DNA of 54,354 bases from a virus (lineage: Duplodnaviria; Caudoviricetes): positions 1 through 54,354 of IMG/VR virus record IMGVR_UViG_3300037796_000233, one strand, 5' to 3'. The first letter of the stretch is position 1; every line of letters starts with the position of its first letter. The notes beneath the pieces are model-generated. The model saw only the letters and a program-made list of their open reading frames with translations. It did not search any database and was not told where the DNA came from. The position numbers and the translations under genes were made by a program. Positions 27,887 to 37,384 of the stretch are shown piece by piece.

Positions 27887-28729
27887 TTAACCTTGTAAAC
27901 TTTGTCGCAATGATGCGGTCAATTCGTCCAGCCGCTTTCGCTCTTCCTTGGTAAGCCTTCCCTTTTTGCCGGTAAGGGCTTTGATCTCTTCCGTGATGGT
28001 CTGGTCGCCTTTCGGTTTCGGTGACGGTCCCGATGGTGAAGCAGCGGGTTTTCCGGCTTCTGCAACGAAATCGTCAAACTTCAGAATGACCTCTTCCTCC
28101 AGCAGATCAAACTCTCCGTCTTCATTCAGCTGAGTCATTTCGTTGATGAAGCCACGGCGTTCAAAATCCGACCGAAACTGAAAGCCTTTTTTGCTGGCCA
28201 AATCCGAAATGAACTGCTTGCGATCCAGAATCCGGTTTTTCTTGGCCTGCTCCTGAAGTTTGCGGTCTTTCTCTTCCGCTTCCTTCCTGAGCCGTTCTTG
28301 CTCGGCCTTCATCTTATCGAGTTCGGCCTGGGCACGTTCAAGTTCCGTCTTCTCCTTGGCGGAAAGTTCTTCATCCTTCTTTTTCAGCTGGTTGACTTCC
28401 TCTTGGAGTTTTTCCAACTGCTCATGGCTTTCCTGGGCCGCCTTTTCCGCCTTCTCCAGTTTTTCTTTCGCCTTCTTTTCCGCTATGCGGCGTTCAGCGT
28501 TTTCCTTCTGGATCTTGCGGATGTACTCTTGCGTTTCTTTTTCGGTGTACTCTTTATCACCGCCCTTGCCGCTTTCTCCATCGGTTCCGCTTTGGCCGCC
28601 GGTCTGATGATCCTTTTCCTTCTCCTTTCCTTCATCGGTTCCTGTGTTTGTGGATGAATCTTGGCCGCCTTTTTCCGTGCCGCCGTCTCCCTGACCTTGT
28701 TTGGGGTCTTCCCCTGTTTCTCCGTCCAT
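27887..28729 (-). CDS. Capsid scaffolding protein
   Basis: Disordered acidic N-terminus, IQKENAERR coiled coil, directly upstream of the MCP gene. Confidence 0.8.
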   Translation of the reverse strand: MDGETGEDPKQGQGDGGTEKGGQDSSTNTGTDEGKEKEKDHQTGGQSGTDGESGKGGDKEYTEKETQEYIRKIQKENAERRIAEKKAKEKLEKAEKAAQESHEQLEKLQEEVNQLKKKDEELSAKEKTELERAQAELDKMKAEQERLRKEAEEKDRKLQEQAKKNRILDRKQFISDLASKKGFQFRSDFERRGFINEMTQLNEDGEFDLLEEEVILKFDDFVAEAGKPAASPSGPSPKPKGDQTITEEIKALTGKKGRLTKEERKRLDELTASLRQSLQG

Positions 28730-28850
28730 TCTCTTCTCCGATCATTCGGTTTAATTAAATTTGTCCACCTACAATGATGGCCCTTTTTCCTAAACTAAAA
28801 AAATATCGGTGGAAAGTAAAGGGGAAAAATAAAAATCAAAAAGATATAGC

Positions 28851-29300
28851 TTATTTTCGCCCAATCAAAAAACCTCTGATATGAAGGTTTTCCAAGGTAC
28901 GAATAACGGAATGAAGTTCCGTATCTAAATGAAGTTCCGTTGTATCGAACCGAGATTTTGCAGCAATGTGAACTGGGATAAGAAGAAGGTGAACGACTTC
29001 GTGAAGGGCGGAAAGATTTATTTGCTCTTCGATCTTTTCTGTTAACGCTTCTTCTTCATCTTCTGAAGGCCAAGAGGTTAATCCCCAACTGCTCCAAACG
29101 CTTCCCAGGGTAAAAGTAACCGCCCGACCCTCACTGTTGGTCGAAATTTCGGCGAAATCGCCTTCAATGTTTTCAAAATTGAAGTAAAGTTTCCAACTAT
29201 GGAGACCAAAAACATCGATCCAATGCCTGACTTTTTCCTCGAAAAATTTAAAGTCATCCCGATTCAACTTAATTTCTCTGGTTTCATATTCGTCGCTCAT
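28851..29300 (-). CDS. HExxH zincin-like metallopeptidase-domain protein
   Basis: Start at ATG 29300 (MSDEYE) after GAGGAAG; ALHEVVHLL motif. Confidence 0.6.
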   Translation of the reverse strand: MSDEYETREIKLNRDDFKFFEEKVRHWIDVFGLHSWKLYFNFENIEGDFAEISTNSEGRAVTFTLGSVWSSWGLTSWPSEDEEEALTEKIEEQINLSALHEVVHLLLIPVHIAAKSRFDTTELHLDTELHSVIRTLENLHIRGFLIGRK

Positions 29301-29347
29301 TCGTCTCTTCCTCTCATGGTTCCGCCCACCCTCCCCTGGTTGATATT

Positions 29348-29719
29348 TTAAATCTTGCCCTTTTTCTTTGTCCTCACCGGCGCATTCTTGTATACCGCCC
29401 CCGGCTGCTGTGGCGGCGTTCCCGTTGATGGCCATAAAGATCGTTGTTGCCTTGACGTTTCTGCCCTCGGCGTTTTGCTTCTGGGCGGTGGCGTCGGGTT
29501 GGGGTTTCCACCTTTCTTTCCCTTCGCAATCCGCTCCATGGCCTTGGCTTGATCCACCTGATTCTTGGCCCGTTCCTTTTGATCTTCCGCCATACGTTTG
29601 GCTGCTTCTGAAGCCGCATTCATTCGCTCTTCGTCCTTCTTGATTGCTTCCGCCCGCGCCAATGTGTATGCGTCGTCTTCCGCCATCCACCGTTTTTCTT
29701 CTTCACTGAATTTTAGCAT
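29348..29719 (-). CDS. Hypothetical basic protein
   Basis: W.AEDDAYTLARAEAIKKD helix and Pro/Lys-rich tail; ATG 29719 after AGGGGG. Confidence 0.55.
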   Translation of the reverse strand: MLKFSEEEKRWMAEDDAYTLARAEAIKKDEERMNAASEAAKRMAEDQKERAKNQVDQAKAMERIAKGKKGGNPNPTPPPRSKTPRAETSRQQRSLWPSTGTPPQQPGAVYKNAPVRTKKKGKI

Positions 29720-29910
29720 GTAACCCCCTAACAACTAAAAGTTTGAGATAAGTAAAACTAACGCCAAACACGCAATAAAACCGCTTATCCATGAAAAGGT
29801 TAAGGTTTTTTGCCGACTTTCTGACATATCGGCAATCGCTATTAGCAACAAGAATAAGATGGTCAATCCCGCTACAAAAAAAAGTCTTGCTATGTGTATT
29901 TTATCTGGTG

Positions 29911-30144
29911 TCATTTATTCGCTTTTGGTTCGTAAATGAAAACCCCGACTTGATCCGAAAAAGGAAGGTCATGACGGACATCCCCGGAAAGAATCACATC
30001 TGGAATCCCCTTTGGGAAGGCCAAACAAGCCGCTGCCTTGTTGAATTTATGAACGCAATACGGACAAAAGCCAGCCGTTTCAAGGTCACCCGACTTCCAA
30101 GAAAATTTATCGGCCGCATTATAATCTTCTTTCTTTTTTGCCAT
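29911..30144 (-). CDS. Small Cys/His protein coupled to MuF-ART (candidate immunity or partner protein)
   Basis: CxxCxH..CLAFPKGIP..I..G...H..P motif; start overlaps the MuF-ART stop. Confidence 0.6.
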   Translation of the reverse strand: MAKKKEDYNAADKFSWKSGDLETAGFCPYCVHKFNKAAACLAFPKGIPDVILSGDVRHDLPFSDQVGVFIYEPKANK

Positions 30145-32792
30145 TAGCCTATTACCTCCATAACTAATGTTGGCCGTTCATTTATAAGTTTCTCCCCAAG
30201 CACTTTAAATTTTGTTCCAGCGTTCAATATTATCTCCTGTTCCGCTCCAAAATAAGGGGATAGTTCATTTGGCGGCAAAATAGGCGTTCCCTTGGGCACT
30301 CTGATTTCAATCTCTTTTGATTTCCAACCCTTCGCAACTCGATATTCAACGCTTGCCGAACTAAACCCCTTGTCGGTCAAAACCGTCCCTATGCTTTCTT
30401 TTGTTTCATTATAAACCCGATCTGAAACGCCCCGATACAAAACGGTATTTTCTGGCATTTCATATTTATTAAAGGCTTTTTTGAATGTATTATTATCTTT
30501 CATTACTTTTTTCACGGCTGCATCTGAAACGTCGTACTTTTCCATGAACTTCTCTTTTCCTTCTCTTAAAAGATAGTTCATTTCAGAATAACCGTTACTG
30601 CAATAATGTTTTGTCGTTTTCTTTTGCGCCTCCGTAAGCGGTGTTGACTTCCTTGCCCTCTTCTCTAAGTCCTCAAGATATTTGGTTGTATTTCTTTGAG
30701 GCGCTGCTACATAATCCTCGGCATCTGGAACCGTATCCACTGGCGTTGCCGTTGGAATGGGCTTGGAAATATCCGATGGGCTTGTTACTTTTTTGGGCGC
30801 TGGTTTCGCCTTCTTTTTGACACCTCCTAAAATATCCGCTTTTTGTTGTTTGAGGTCATTATAAAGTTTTTCAACGGGCGCTGGTACTGAAGCTGGGTCC
30901 GTTAATAGTTTTGGATGAACACTTACTATGTCTGTTATCTCTTCGTCTATTTTTTTGACCGCTTCTGGCACCTCAGATAACCCAACCGATTCTGCCGACT
31001 TATTTTTGGCAGCCTGAAGTTTCTTTTTGTTATTAACTAATGTTTGGTATTTTTCCAGCTGCGACTTAGGAAATTTCCCTTTGATTGTTTTTTCCTGAAT
31101 TAGTTTATTTATCGCGGTTTGAGCGCCCACCAAACCGTCGTTTATCTCCCCCAGGGATAGTTTTGATACATCCTCATCCGTTAAGGCTTTAACTTTCGTT
31201 GGGATTACAGGTTTCAATTCGCCTTTCTTCGCCTTCTTGAGTAGTTTCTGATTTGCCAAAAGGATATCAAACTGATCCTCTATTTCCTTTGGCATTTTAG
31301 TGGTCCCTGGATACAATTCATCTATATCGTCCAAGGTCTTCTTTGTCATTGCAATACTTTTATCGAGTTGATCATTGGATAAACTCAAAACCTTTTCTTT
31401 GGCAAGGGGCACCGCCTTTGGTAAATCCTTGATCTTTTTCTCTTTTTTCTCTTTTGCTTCCTTTAATAAATCAATTTTTTTATTAACAAGAGCTTTTTTT
31501 TCATCCATTAAAGCCTTATAATGCGCATAAGCCCCCGGCCACTTATCTGGAGAAAGGTCTGCCCCTGGATAATTAGCTTTGATTTCTTTCATCTGATCAA
31601 AGACTTCTTTTACCCTATCATCAATATCGTCAATATTATCGGGTACGGGTGGCGGTGGCGGTGGCGTTTTGGGAAGGTCTTTTGGCCCCGGTTTTTTCTT
31701 GAGGTCATATAAAGGGGTTTCGGGTGGCGCAACATATTCCCAATCGGGCACCTCATTATCAACAGCCTTATTTAGTTTTTTCTCTACTTCGGCATACATC
31801 TTCTTCCCCTTGTTTGGATCTGAAGATTTTGCCCATGTTCCTGCTGCCGACCCCTTAGCGATATACCACGTTGCGAGTTGCTTTGGAGCGGTCGCCAATT
31901 CTTCAATAAGTCTGCGCCGCCCGACTTCGATTGCGGCGTTGATTCCAGCATTAAGGGTATTCCATTCACCACGAGTAAAAACGAGTTCACACCGGCAAAT
32001 ATACCGTGGCGGGAAACCGTGATCCGTTCCCATCTCGGTTTCTTTAATTACGCCAGCAAGGGTGGCCCCTATGCACTCCGGTTTCGTGCGTCTGTCTAAA
32101 GGGTTTGAGTTCCAGCAATATTGATATCCGTGCTCTTTCGCTAATTCCCTCACCAACGCCGTCCTTTGTGCTACGGCAGCCATAATAATTTCGCCATCCA
32201 CATCACCGTTAAGGCTTGACCCAATTTTTATCGTTCCGCTTTCGGTCCAAAATGACGCCAAAAACTCTCTTTCCGTTAGTTGGCGACTTATCCCCTCAAG
32301 AAAGTTATCAAGTGCGAAAGCATCCCATTTCTGCTCGGCTGCATAAATCCGCTTTCGTAGTTTCTCAAATATGGCTTGAGCAACAGACAAAATCGCCGTC
32401 TCGGTTTCGGTTGGAAGATAAAGTCTATCCTCTTCAACGCCCTCCTTTTTCAAAATTGACTGAATTTCCCGTTCCCGTTCCCTTGTTCCTGAAATGAGTT
32501 GACTCGAAATATCCCGCGCAATTTCCATGGCTGCGGCCAAATGGAAGTCTTGAATGGGCTGAAGTCGGTTAAGGATAGTATGGCCCAGCTGGACGTTTTG
32601 GGGTGTGCTTAAAATCCGTCCATCTTGCTTTTCGAGCAACGAAGCAAGACTGACATAAACGTCGCGCGCCCTTCGGATAACTTCTTCATTCAAATTTCTG
32701 AGTGCCTTGTCTGCTTTCTTTAAAACCTTGTTTGAACGCCCTTTATGGGCCAGGGCAACATCAAAAACTTTCTTACCAGTTCTTTCGTCCAT
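30144..32792 (-). CDS. MuF-like minor head protein fused to a VIP2-type ADP-ribosyltransferase
   Basis: D.RT..EC...PP...CRC MuF motif; C-terminal Y..MN..LR, VLYRG, GFSSAS and EQEIIL (R-S-ExE); directly after the portal gene. Confidence 0.85.
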   Translation of the reverse strand: MDERTGKKVFDVALAHKGRSNKVLKKADKALRNLNEEVIRRARDVYVSLASLLEKQDGRILSTPQNVQLGHTILNRLQPIQDFHLAAAMEIARDISSQLISGTREREREIQSILKKEGVEEDRLYLPTETETAILSVAQAIFEKLRKRIYAAEQKWDAFALDNFLEGISRQLTEREFLASFWTESGTIKIGSSLNGDVDGEIIMAAVAQRTALVRELAKEHGYQYCWNSNPLDRRTKPECIGATLAGVIKETEMGTDHGFPPRYICRCELVFTRGEWNTLNAGINAAIEVGRRRLIEELATAPKQLATWYIAKGSAAGTWAKSSDPNKGKKMYAEVEKKLNKAVDNEVPDWEYVAPPETPLYDLKKKPGPKDLPKTPPPPPPVPDNIDDIDDRVKEVFDQMKEIKANYPGADLSPDKWPGAYAHYKALMDEKKALVNKKIDLLKEAKEKKEKKIKDLPKAVPLAKEKVLSLSNDQLDKSIAMTKKTLDDIDELYPGTTKMPKEIEDQFDILLANQKLLKKAKKGELKPVIPTKVKALTDEDVSKLSLGEINDGLVGAQTAINKLIQEKTIKGKFPKSQLEKYQTLVNNKKKLQAAKNKSAESVGLSEVPEAVKKIDEEITDIVSVHPKLLTDPASVPAPVEKLYNDLKQQKADILGGVKKKAKPAPKKVTSPSDISKPIPTATPVDTVPDAEDYVAAPQRNTTKYLEDLEKRARKSTPLTEAQKKTTKHYCSNGYSEMNYLLREGKEKFMEKYDVSDAAVKKVMKDNNTFKKAFNKYEMPENTVLYRGVSDRVYNETKESIGTVLTDKGFSSASVEYRVAKGWKSKEIEIRVPKGTPILPPNELSPYFGAEQEIILNAGTKFKVLGEKLINERPTLVMEVIG

Positions 32793-32802
32793 CTAACACA
32801 CC

Positions 32803-32865
32803 CCTGTGTCCTACTATTCGGAAATATATTTGCGTTGGAGAGAAGTGAAAACAAAGTGGAAAACG
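32803..32865 (-). repeat. 63-bp element filling the portal-MuF intergenic gap (candidate late promoter)
   Basis: Exact inverted copy of 441-503; runs into the MuF RBS. Confidence 0.9.
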
Positions 32866-32872
32866 CCCCGTG

Positions 32873-34330
32873 TTATTTCTCCTTCTCTTCTTCGTCTTCT
32901 TCGTCGTCTCCCCTTACCGACCGCATAAAGTAGTCATAGTCACCTTCTCCATTTTCTAAACCACCAGCCCCAAGCAAATCTCTTTTTTCCTCTAAATTCC
33001 TTTTGATCTGCTCTGCTGCTTCTTCTCTCGTCATATCAGGATTCTTTCTGAGCAAAATATCGATTGGTGAAATAATCCCGTGTTTGAGTTCAAAGTTATC
33101 GATGACTTGTTGCTCTTCCGGCGACAATGGAGCGGTAAAAGATGAAAAATCAATTTCGGCAATTTCGCCTTCAAGCTCTATTTTTCGCCCCGTCTCATGA
33201 AGCCGTTTAACATAAAGGGCTTTCTTTGCCAATTGGACAAGAGTTGGCCCGTAACTCTTGCGCCTTGCCTTCCATTGTTGTTCGATAGGCATACGCTTTA
33301 TGCGTAGGGAATAACCAGATTGTGGTTGTTTAATATCGCCCGTTGAAACTACATCCTCTGGAACCCTTGCTATATTCCTCAGTTCATCCTTTAAGGTCTG
33401 CGCCACCTTCAGCACATCCCCGATCTTGGCGTCAGGAGTAATATATTTGGCATCGCCCTTTTCGCTATCGGGCAGCTTTAAAAAACGGGTTGGGGCAATA
33501 TCGACTTGGATATCATTATCCGACCGAATAAAGAGAAGGGAAAAAGACTGAAAGTCACAGATGCGCATAAGTGCTGACCAAAGGTTATTATACACATCAT
33601 TAACCTCCACGACATCGAGCACCGATGACTTGCCGTAAAATGTAGCTTCATCGCCTTGCGGTTGAAATAGTTCTATCGGAATGAAGCCATAAGGATTATC
33701 ACCTTGAGCCTTAACGTCATAAGATTTCTTCGCCCGGTTAAAATGCGCAACAAGGTATTTATCCCTGCTCCATATCTCTATCCGGTTTTGAAGTCGATTT
33801 TCACCCGCCCCCACGCCTGTATCAAATTGGTAACTTATTACAATGGCCCCGATCCTGCGTGGGTTTTCCGTATCTGGAATGACGTGAATAAATTCCCCTC
33901 GGATATCTTCAAACGAAAGGGATTTATCACTGTCATTCCACCGAATAGCCACAGCGCACGTGTCGGATATCTCCGCAACACGTTGGACCGTCTCGAAAAA
34001 AGGATAAACGCCCTGGCTCCATAATGGCGTCACTATCTCTTTCCAATCCTCCTGTAATGACTCATCCGTAAATTTGATTTCAAACCCTCTACCGAAAACG
34101 CCATTCACGTATTCATCGACCACGGTTTTGGTATAGTTAAAAACCGGCTTTTTTCTCAGGGCAAATTCGTCGTCATCTTCCTTGAAAAGCCTTTTTATGT
34201 ACTGCTTTTGAAAGCCATTATAAAAATCCCAGGCCTTTCCTATTTGTTGAATATAAGCCGTTCTCTCTGACATCAAAAGCGCTGAGAAGGATTCTTTGAC
34301 CACTTTTTCAACTACGGATTTGAACAGCAT
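32873..34330 (-). CDS. Portal protein (SPP1 gp6-like)
   Basis: FYNG.Q, NYTKTVVD, NPYGFIPI and SGYSLR motifs; follows terL. Confidence 0.9.
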   Translation of the reverse strand: MLFKSVVEKVVKESFSALLMSERTAYIQQIGKAWDFYNGFQKQYIKRLFKEDDDEFALRKKPVFNYTKTVVDEYVNGVFGRGFEIKFTDESLQEDWKEIVTPLWSQGVYPFFETVQRVAEISDTCAVAIRWNDSDKSLSFEDIRGEFIHVIPDTENPRRIGAIVISYQFDTGVGAGENRLQNRIEIWSRDKYLVAHFNRAKKSYDVKAQGDNPYGFIPIELFQPQGDEATFYGKSSVLDVVEVNDVYNNLWSALMRICDFQSFSLLFIRSDNDIQVDIAPTRFLKLPDSEKGDAKYITPDAKIGDVLKVAQTLKDELRNIARVPEDVVSTGDIKQPQSGYSLRIKRMPIEQQWKARRKSYGPTLVQLAKKALYVKRLHETGRKIELEGEIAEIDFSSFTAPLSPEEQQVIDNFELKHGIISPIDILLRKNPDMTREEAAEQIKRNLEEKRDLLGAGGLENGEGDYDYFMRSVRGDDEEDEEEKEK

Positions 34331-34345
34331 AATAATTACCTCCCT

Positions 34346-35713
34346 TTAATAGCCAGTGCCTGAATTGGTAGTTGTCCTGACCGGATGTTCCCTCTCAACG
34401 TAATATCCTATTGCGTCAGATAAATGGGTATATAAACCGTCAGAGGTTTTGATAATCGCCCCTGATGAATCGGATTCTACAATTTCAAAATCCTCAACCG
34501 TATGTTCCGCCGTCTCCGGATCGACCATAAACTTTATTTTGCCATTGGCCGATACAATTCTGGAATTGACGGCGTTGATTCGTGCCCTTTCTGGTGGGTT
34601 TCTCTTTCTGACCCTTATATTGAGCCGGTCCCCGAAAACCTGACCGAGTTCATATTTGATAATATCCCAATCGCTTCCTTTAATCTTTGCTGAACCTTTT
34701 GCTCCGCCAGAAGCATCACCGTAACAATAAACCTTCCCGGCGTGCTTCCGGTATTTCTCCAGCAACTTGTAACAAATTATTCTTGTATTTGAATTTTTCT
34801 TGACCCAAACCTCGTCGATAATCCCTGTACCAGAATTCCTTTGCGGCGTTGGCAATTCATCGAATTCCTGACCTACAGCGGCAACGCCCGGCGACACATT
34901 AAAATCGAACATCAACAATAAAGGTCTTTCGGGATTATATAGATGACGAAGGGCAGCGCAATTATTCTTTCGGGAAAAGGTATAATATGTGTTGCCTTGA
35001 AAATTAACGTATTCACCGTCAAGTTCTTGCCTGGCGGTTTCTTTATCCATGTCCTGTTCAAGTTCTTCAATTTCTTCAGGCGGCAATATATCCTTCGACC
35101 GCCAATGAAAAACCTCCCATGTCGGAATTTTTCCCCGTTTTAATGCTTCCAAATATCGCTTGAGGGCTTTTTCCTTTAATCGAAAATAATGATTCATGCC
35201 CTCTGGAACACCAACGAAAGACGCCCAACCCTGCCTATCGGCCAAGGCTGGGCGCACGTTCTCTTCCCAAACCCCATCTTTCATACTTCCGATCTCATCG
35301 AGCACGCACCCATCCCATGGCGTACCTTCGACCCGTTCTGGTTTGTCCATTCCCATTACGAAAAGTTGAACATTATGAACCAAAAGAATCGAAAGTTCAG
35401 ACTCAGATTTGTCCAGAATAAGGTCTTGCGGAATCATCGTCTTTAAGTCGTTCCAATAAATCCGCTTGGCCTGATCTCTCGTTGGCGCACCAATAAAATA
35501 TCTTGGGTCAGGAAACCTTGACCCCTTCAAAATCTTTTGAACAAAAAGCCTTTTCCCCTCAAGTTCCGTTTTTCCGCTTCGCCGACCGGCGTGAATCACC
35601 TTAAAACGGGCTTGGCTCTGGGCCAAACGGGCTTGAACCGGATGATACCGTAATGGGTAAAACCTTTCTTTGGACCTCTCTAATGATGCGCCCGGTTTTT
35701 TGTCTCTAAACAA
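34346..35713 (-). CDS. terL: Terminase large subunit
   Basis: Walker A GRRSGKT, APTRDQAK, Walker B VLDE, GVPEG, nuclease FDFN..HLSDA. Confidence 0.95.
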   Translation of the reverse strand: MFRDKKPGASLERSKERFYPLRYHPVQARLAQSQARFKVIHAGRRSGKTELEGKRLFVQKILKGSRFPDPRYFIGAPTRDQAKRIYWNDLKTMIPQDLILDKSESELSILLVHNVQLFVMGMDKPERVEGTPWDGCVLDEIGSMKDGVWEENVRPALADRQGWASFVGVPEGMNHYFRLKEKALKRYLEALKRGKIPTWEVFHWRSKDILPPEEIEELEQDMDKETARQELDGEYVNFQGNTYYTFSRKNNCAALRHLYNPERPLLLMFDFNVSPGVAAVGQEFDELPTPQRNSGTGIIDEVWVKKNSNTRIICYKLLEKYRKHAGKVYCYGDASGGAKGSAKIKGSDWDIIKYELGQVFGDRLNIRVRKRNPPERARINAVNSRIVSANGKIKFMVDPETAEHTVEDFEIVESDSSGAIIKTSDGLYTHLSDAIGYYVEREHPVRTTTNSGTGY

Positions 35714-35769
35714 TAAGCCCCCCTATTTATTCATGGCTTTATTTGATTTCGTAGAAGTTCCAGGGATAA

Positions 35770-35925
35770 TTATAAGTAAAGTTCATCCCTAAGTAATTCC
35801 GGAAACATCATACGGGCAAAGGGATTTAAAAGCAAGGTATAGTAAACCATGCGATAATGCGCCACCATGAGAAAAACGACCACTGGAGACGCATACAAAG
35901 GATAGGTCATAAATGGATTGATCAT
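35770..35925 (-). CDS. Small hydrophobic protein
   Basis: MINPFMTYPLYASPVVVFLMV..; ATGA overlap with the RF-like gene and a GGGAGG RBS. Confidence 0.45.
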   Translation of the reverse strand: MINPFMTYPLYASPVVVFLMVAHYRMVYYTLLLNPFARMMFPELLRDELYL

Positions 35926-36287
35926 GCTGCCTCCCCGTCGAAAGGTTCCCATTTCCCGGTTTCGCCCCGTTTCTCTATCTTGAGGTTTTCCAGGCTCATT
36001 TGTCTTTCAACGCGATCTTCTATGGACTCACCGGCGCAAAGTTCCGCTGATTTCCGTTTTAACCAAAGATCAAAGGCTTTTGTCTTCACCAATCGAACAA
36101 AAGCCCTCTTCTTATTCTGAAATTGGCTCTTCATCTCCCGGCTTTCCCCCACCGCCCCGGATGGACGATGAATAAGTCTAACCCCGGATTCAGTCTTGTT
36201 TTGGTGTTGTCCGCCCTTACCGCCAGCACGAAAGGTTTGGACTTCCAAGTTTTTTATTGAAACCGTAAAAAGTTTTTGCCTACGCAC
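35922..36287 (-). CDS. Stand-alone GGQ peptide-chain release factor domain protein (ArfB/PrfH-like)
   Basis: FRAGGKGGQHQNKTESGVRLIHRPSG..SQFQNK; probable GTG start at 36287 after AAGGGGG. Confidence 0.85.
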   Translation of the reverse strand: MRRQKLFTVSIKNLEVQTFRAGGKGGQHQNKTESGVRLIHRPSGAVGESREMKSQFQNKKRAFVRLVKTKAFDLWLKRKSAELCAGESIEDRVERQMSLENLKIEKRGETGKWEPFDGEAA

Positions 36288-36495
36288 GAGCAACCCCCTT
36301 ATCGAAAAAACAAACAAAAACCTCTGGCTCTACCTCAAACCCTCTTCCCTCAAGATCGAAATCCCAAAGAACATCCTCAACATCATAACGCAACCCAAAG
36401 GGATCACTCTCTATGGAAGGGGTTTCGCAAACAAATTCGTCAAATATTTCCTTTTCTATTGTCGCCAAACCCCCTCCTTTCGGACTATCCCTCAA
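36280..36495 (-). CDS. Small acidic hypothetical protein
   Basis: 71-aa ORF filling the gap; true start may be a downstream TTG. Confidence 0.45.
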   Translation of the reverse strand: MRDSPKGGGLATIEKEIFDEFVCETPSIESDPFGLRYDVEDVLWDFDLEGRGFEVEPEVFVCFFDKGVARA

Positions 36496-37384
36496 GCAAC
36501 TTGAGTGCGTCCTTTTCTTCGTTTCTGAATCGTCGTCTTACACCTTCCTGGACTGCTGCGGAGCATCGGGAAAAATATTTCAATTCCCCGTTTCTCCGTT
36601 CTGAAGACCTTTCGGTGTAAATGAGCTTGATGATATCTCGATCCGTTAAAAAATTAAGGTTTTGCGCGCGCATCGCTCTTTCGATTAGTTCCGCGCCATT
36701 AAATGCGCCGTGTTGAACGGACACAGACCAAATAACGTCATAAACGGCGAAATGTCTGTTGAGAAAACCAAAACCTTTCTTCTCTAACCGGCGCATACAT
36801 GGTTCATAATGCGTCTGGCGGATAAAGTCGTGTTGCTGGGCGGCAAATTCCTTTCCATCCCGGTCCCGGCGACAAATCCTCAACCAGACTTCATCAAAGT
36901 TTTCGTCTCCGGGCATAAAGTAATCTGCGTGGCCTTTAAACTCAGAGTGCCATCTTGAACCGGCAATAAACTTTCCGACCGTAGAAGACCATGTGTGCCG
37001 CCCTTTTACCTTTGAGGCCATCTGGTATGAGCCATAAGACTTGCCGCCCCAATCGCCTTTTCCGCCCGATATCGTACACGGCCCCCGGCCCCCGGTTTCA
37101 TATTTTTCCGATAAGGAGCCGAGTTCATGAAGGGGTTTTGATTCAACCGGCTCAATGAATTCCGGATAATCGTGTTGAATATCGACTTCTTCAGGCATCG
37201 GTTTAAGCCCTAAGCCTTCCCAATCAGGCTCATCAACATCCGCTACAACATCCGGTTCCCCTTCTATCTCGGCATGAGTTTTTTCTTCCTCTTCAATCTT
37301 TATCGCTTCTGGCCCCTTTCTTCCAGAAAAGAGGTTTTTGACCCAACCGAAAAAACTTTTAAACAGGTTATTATTCTTTCCCAT
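36485..37384 (-). CDS. Lysozyme-like muramidase, probable endolysin (VgrG3 C-terminal-like)
   Basis: LGSLSEKYETGG..TISGGKGD.GGKSYGSYQM, QHDFI..HY, WS.SVQHG and V..RF.NE motifs. Confidence 0.75.
   Translation of the reverse strand: MGKNNNLFKSFFGWVKNLFSGRKGPEAIKIEEEEKTHAEIEGEPDVVADVDEPDWEGLGLKPMPEEVDIQHDYPEFIEPVESKPLHELGSLSEKYETGGRGPCTISGGKGDWGGKSYGSYQMASKVKGRHTWSSTVGKFIAGSRWHSEFKGHADYFMPGDENFDEVWLRICRRDRDGKEFAAQQHDFIRQTHYEPCMRRLEKKGFGFLNRHFAVYDVIWSVSVQHGAFNGAELIERAMRAQNLNFLTDRDIIKLIYTERSSERRNGELKYFSRCSAAVQEGVRRRFRNEEKDALKLLEG

Noticed and set aside
26788-28729. Visibly higher GC in capsid, scaffold and tail tube genes as a sign of recent transfer
   Set aside because: Confined to the most highly expressed structural genes, so codon adaptation to the host is the simpler explanation
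35922-36287. Stop-codon reassignment suggested by the release-factor-like gene
   Set aside because: Genes are full length and tile densely in the standard code, ending in TAA, TAG and TGA; no suppressor tRNA seen
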